DNA of 61,702 nucleotides, from positions 1 to 61,702 of IMG/VR virus record IMGVR_UViG_3300048011_000479; one strand, written 5' to 3'. The DNA comes from a virus. Its lineage: Duplodnaviria > Caudoviricetes. This document shows, in pieces, positions 58,403 through 61,702 of the stretch (the stretch's first letter is position 1; every line of letters starts with the position of its first letter). Below the pieces are notes generated by a model. The model worked only from the letters and a program-made list of their open reading frames with translations. It was not told where the DNA came from and did no database searches. A program made the position numbers and the translations under genes.

Positions 58403-60154
58403 ATGAGTTGGAAAAAACACTTTACACCAGTAAAAACTGGTAATAACCCGGAAGGAAGTTACAGTCCATTTACTCGTGCTGGCAATGGCAGTAGTCAAGC
58501 AGGACCAGCTAAATCAAATTATTCATCATACCTGCCTGATGTTTATGTAGGTTCGCCAAATCGTGTTGAGCGTTACGGACAATATAATACTATGGATTTA
58601 GATTCAGAAGTAAATGCTGCTCTTGATATTCTTGCTGAATTTACTACACAACAAAATAAACAAAATAAAACTCCATTCTTAATTGACTTTAAAACCAAAG
58701 CAACTAATTCAGAAATTACTATTATTCAACAGTACTTACAGCAGTGGAGTAAGTTACAAAACTTTGAAACACGTATGTTCCGCTTGATGCGTAACGTGTT
58801 TAAGTATGGCGATCAATTCTTTATTAGAGATCCAGAAACTAAAAAGTTGTTCCATGTTGATCCTGCAAAAGTTACAAAAATTATTGTAAATGAAAGCGAA
58901 GGTAAAACACCTGAGCAATATGTAATCAAAGATTTTAATTTAAACTTTGCTGAAATGGTTGCAACAACACCTTATCAAACAAATGGTAATATTACCGGCG
59001 GAGGCGATGGCTATGTACAAGGCGGCGTCCGCGGTATGGTAGGTAATACACAAACTAGTGCTGGCGGCAATAGATTCCAAACAGGCGAAAATGAAATTTC
59101 GGTTGATTCAGAACATGTATTACATTTAAGTTTATCGGAAGGACTAGATTTAAATTATCCGTTTGGTAACAGTTTACTAGAAACAGTATTCAAAGTATTC
59201 AAACAAAAAGAATTGCTCGAAGATGCGATTATTATCTATCGTGTACAAAGAGCTCCGGAAAGAAGAGTATTCTACGTTGATGTGGGCAACATGCCATCAC
59301 ACCTTGCTATGCAATTTGTTGAACGTGTTAAGACGGAAATACATCAAAGACGTATCCCATCGCAAACGGGGGGTGGCCAAAATGTTATAGACTCAGCTTA
59401 TAATCCCCTATCAATTAACGAAGACTACTTCTTCCCACAAACAGCTGAGGGACGTGGTTCTAAAGTTGAAACACTACCGGGAGGAACTAACCTAGGAGAA
59501 ATTGATGACCTTAGATATTTTACTAATAAGCTCGTACGTGGTTTACGAATTCCTTCCAGTTATCTTCCGACTGGGCCCGATGATGGAAACTCTCAATACA
59601 GTGATGGTAGAGTCGGAACAGCATACATACAAGAATTACGGTTTAATACATACTGCGAACGATTACAGAACTTGGTTGTAGAAGAATTTAATCAAGAATT
59701 TAAACGTTACCTATTAGAAAAGGGAGTTAATATTGACACAGCAATGTTTGATGTTAGGTTCCAGCCACCGCAAAACTTTGCAAGTTATAGACAATCAGAA
59801 ATTGATAATGCTAGAGTACCAACTTATACACAAATGAGTGCTATACCTTATGTTTCAAATCGCTTTGCTATGAAACGTTTCTTAGGAATGAGCGACGAAG
59901 AAATTGCAGAGAACGAACGTCTATGGCGTGAAGAAAACGACGAAACACTTCAAGCAACCGAAACAGATGCAGCAGGCGAAATGCGTGGTGCAGGAATTAG
60001 TTCAGCAGGAATTAGTTCAGATCTTGGATCAATTGAAGATACTACAGGCGAAGAGCCTGACCCGACTATGGGCGGAGATGAGATGGCAGGTGCAACACCT
60101 GAAGCCGGAGCAGCTGAGCCTGCGGCGGCACCAACAACGGATCAAACGATATAA
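58403..60154 (+). CDS. gp20: portal protein
   Basis: LLEDAIIIYRVQRAPERRVFYVDVGNMP, EDYFFP..EGRGSKVETLPGG.NLGEIDD..YF. Confidence 0.95.
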   Translation: MSWKKHFTPVKTGNNPEGSYSPFTRAGNGSSQAGPAKSNYSSYLPDVYVGSPNRVERYGQYNTMDLDSEVNAALDILAEFTTQQNKQNKTPFLIDFKTKATNSEITIIQQYLQQWSKLQNFETRMFRLMRNVFKYGDQFFIRDPETKKLFHVDPAKVTKIIVNESEGKTPEQYVIKDFNLNFAEMVATTPYQTNGNITGGGDGYVQGGVRGMVGNTQTSAGGNRFQTGENEISVDSEHVLHLSLSEGLDLNYPFGNSLLETVFKVFKQKELLEDAIIIYRVQRAPERRVFYVDVGNMPSHLAMQFVERVKTEIHQRRIPSQTGGGQNVIDSAYNPLSINEDYFFPQTAEGRGSKVETLPGGTNLGEIDDLRYFTNKLVRGLRIPSSYLPTGPDDGNSQYSDGRVGTAYIQELRFNTYCERLQNLVVEEFNQEFKRYLLEKGVNIDTAMFDVRFQPPQNFASYRQSEIDNARVPTYTQMSAIPYVSNRFAMKRFLGMSDEEIAENERLWREENDETLQATETDAAGEMRGAGISSAGISSDLGSIEDTTGEEPDPTMGGDEMAGATPEAGAAEPAAAPTTDQTI

Positions 60155-60157
60155 ATA
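60150..60157 (+). promoter_or_regulatory. late promoter, probable leaderless transcript
   Basis: TATAAATA 5 nt before ATG 60163. Confidence 0.65.
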
Positions 60158-60162
60158 CTAAC

Positions 60163-60408
60163 ATGATACTACGTGAATTATTTTATTACGATAAAGAAAC
60201 TTTTGAACCTATTGAAGATGATCGCTATGAAGAACGCGATGATCAGTCACCTCTTGAATACGACGATACACGTAAAACACGTCTAACATTACGCCAGATT
60301 AACAAAGTTCGCAAAGCAGCGGAGCTACATACAAAAGAACAGGATAAAGAATTAGATTTTGTTCGTCAAATGTATGGTGTAGCAGCCAATGCTGAAGCGG
60401 GCGTTTAA
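60163..60408 (+). CDS. small head-module protein
   Basis: 81 aa after the portal; MILRE start, TRKTRLTLRQINK. Confidence 0.75.
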   Translation: MILRELFYYDKETFEPIEDDRYEERDDQSPLEYDDTRKTRLTLRQINKVRKAAELHTKEQDKELDFVRQMYGVAANAEAGV

Positions 60409-61139
60409 TGGCAAAAATAGACAAGTCTAAATATACAAAACAACAAATAAAAAACTTACTAGCTGAAAGAAAGCGTCAAAAGAGCATCGAAAAACAGCTT
60501 GATTCTCAGCCTCAAGAAAAAGTTCTAAACGATCATACTAGAAATGAATACGGATTTGTTTTAGGTAATGGTACAAGTCGAAAAGGTATTGACCTTGCAA
60601 AACTACAAGAATTTGGAAAAGTGTATGGCTGTAATGCATTATACAGAGAATTTGATCCTGATTACTTAGTTGCAGTTGATGTTAAAATGATACTTGAAAT
60701 AGACAAACACAAGTATCAAATGCGTAATCCAAATGTATGGACTAATCCTAATAAATCATACAGACGTATTGAAGGTTTAAATTATTTCAAACCTTCAAAA
60801 GGTTGGAGTAGCGGACCTACTGCATTGCATTTATCTACAGAACATAATCCAACATATGATAAAATCTTTATTTTAGGCTTTGATTATAAAGGACTTGAAC
60901 AAGGTAAGCTAATTAATAATTTATATGCAGGCACACCAAATTACAAAAAAGTAACAGATAGTGCAACGTATTACGGAAATTGGCTTAAACAAACTGCTAC
61001 AGTAATTAAAAATAATCCCTTAATTACGTTTCATAGAGTAATAACACCAGATAACTTTATGCCGCCTGAACTAAATAAATTTAGTAATTTTATGAACATA
61101 TATATTGAAGATTTTAAAAAAATGTTCAACCTTTCTTAG
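60408..61139 (+). CDS. GT42/Maf/DUF115-like nucleotide-binding protein (glycosyltransferase-like)
   Basis: VLGNGTSRK, VYGCNALYR, SSGPTAL, IFILGFDY. Confidence 0.6.
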   Translation: MAKIDKSKYTKQQIKNLLAERKRQKSIEKQLDSQPQEKVLNDHTRNEYGFVLGNGTSRKGIDLAKLQEFGKVYGCNALYREFDPDYLVAVDVKMILEIDKHKYQMRNPNVWTNPNKSYRRIEGLNYFKPSKGWSSGPTALHLSTEHNPTYDKIFILGFDYKGLEQGKLINNLYAGTPNYKKVTDSATYYGNWLKQTATVIKNNPLITFHRVITPDNFMPPELNKFSNFMNIYIEDFKKMFNLS

Positions 61140-61188
61140 GTTTGTGTCAAAACGAACCGTTTTTAGCCTATATCTAGGTACTTTTTCG

Positions 61189-61203
61189 TATAAATAGTAA
61201 ATA
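61189..61203 (+). promoter_or_regulatory. tandem late promoter elements
   Basis: TATAAATA(61189-96) and GTAAATA(61197-203). Confidence 0.65.
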
Positions 61204-61249
61204 CAAATGACAGCCTTACCATAGGTAAACTTTTTATAGGAGAATAGAA

Positions 61250-61702
61250 ATGGCAGATCGCAATAAATTTGAAGAAATGCTTGAGCGTCTTATCAACGAA
61301 GATAAAGCAGGCGCAGAAGAGTTATTTCACGAGATTGTCGTAGAAAAGTCAAGAGACATCTACGAAGGATTATTAGAAAACGATTTAGAAGAAGTAGCAG
61401 ACGAAGAAGTCGACGAAGCAACTGACGAAGAAGTTGACGAGTCAAGTGATGACGAAGAAGTTGATGAAGCTACAGACGAAGAAGTTGACGAGTCAAGTGA
61501 TGACGAAGAAGTTGACGAAGGATTCGACTTAGACGAATTTGAAGTTGAAGCTGACCCAATGGATGACATGGGCGGCGATCCAGCTGACGACATGATGGGC
61601 GACATTGAAGCCGGTGATGACGAAGAAGATGAAGGTGAAGAAGACGGCGATATGGAAGACCGTGTTGAAGACCTAGAAGATGCACTAGATGACCTAAAAG
61701 CT
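61250..61702 (+). CDS. highly acidic prohead core/scaffold-like protein, 3'-truncated
   Basis: AGGAG RBS; MADRNKFEEMLERLINEDKAGAEELFHEIVVEKSRDIYE... open to the window end; absent from the ORF track. Confidence 0.75.
   Translation, partial: MADRNKFEEMLERLINEDKAGAEELFHEIVVEKSRDIYEGLLENDLEEVADEEVDEATDEEVDESSDDEEVDEATDEEVDESSDDEEVDEGFDLDEFEVEADPMDDMGGDPADDMMGDIEAGDDEEDEGEEDGDMEDRVEDLEDALDDLKA
61400..61519 (+). repeat. 51-nt tandem repeat (~2.3 copies) encoding DEEVDEATDEEVDESSD
   Basis: Direct repeat at 61400-450 and 61451-501 plus a partial third copy. Confidence 0.85.

Noticed and set aside
1-61702. Stop-codon reassignment, inteins or introns in core genes
   Set aside because: Genes are intact under code 11 and end in TAA, TAG or TGA; gp46, gp47 and portal have normal lengths with no intein motifs seen

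Overview
This is a 61.7-kb segment of a large, AT-rich T4-superfamily (myovirus-type) bacteriophage genome, read with the standard genetic code. It falls into five blocks. (1) 1-10.2 kb, + strand: early/metabolic genes (phosphoribosyltransferase, HIT hydrolase, folE, queE, RNase H-type 5' nuclease, MoxR AAA ATPase plus a VWA/metallopeptidase partner, hypotheticals) driven by near-consensus sigma70 promoters. (2) A stand-alone + strand fibre gene. (3) 12-46.2 kb, - strand: tail-fibre/baseplate module (three paralogous fibres, a 5270-aa wedge protein, and gp6-, gp25-, gp5-, hub-, gp53- and gp48/54-like proteins; the gp5-like protein carries a GH19 domain). (4) Late sigma gp55, gp47 and gp46, then a minimal GIY-YIG nuclease followed by a ~440-nt non-coding, heavily base-paired, pseudoknotted element. 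(5) Putative head-internal proteins, gp26-like chaperone, tape measure, portal gp20, a GT42/Maf-like protein and a truncated acidic core protein. Top observations: the GIY-YIG ORF plus large structured RNA unit; an unannotated programmed -1 frameshift joining gp26-like to a start-less gp51-like ORF beside the tape measure gene; a recurrent 16-bp pseudo-palindromic operator; leaderless late genes; and a 7-deazapurine cluster with a PRTase and a candidate leader pseudoknot. All product calls come from motif recognition by eye; no database search was run.
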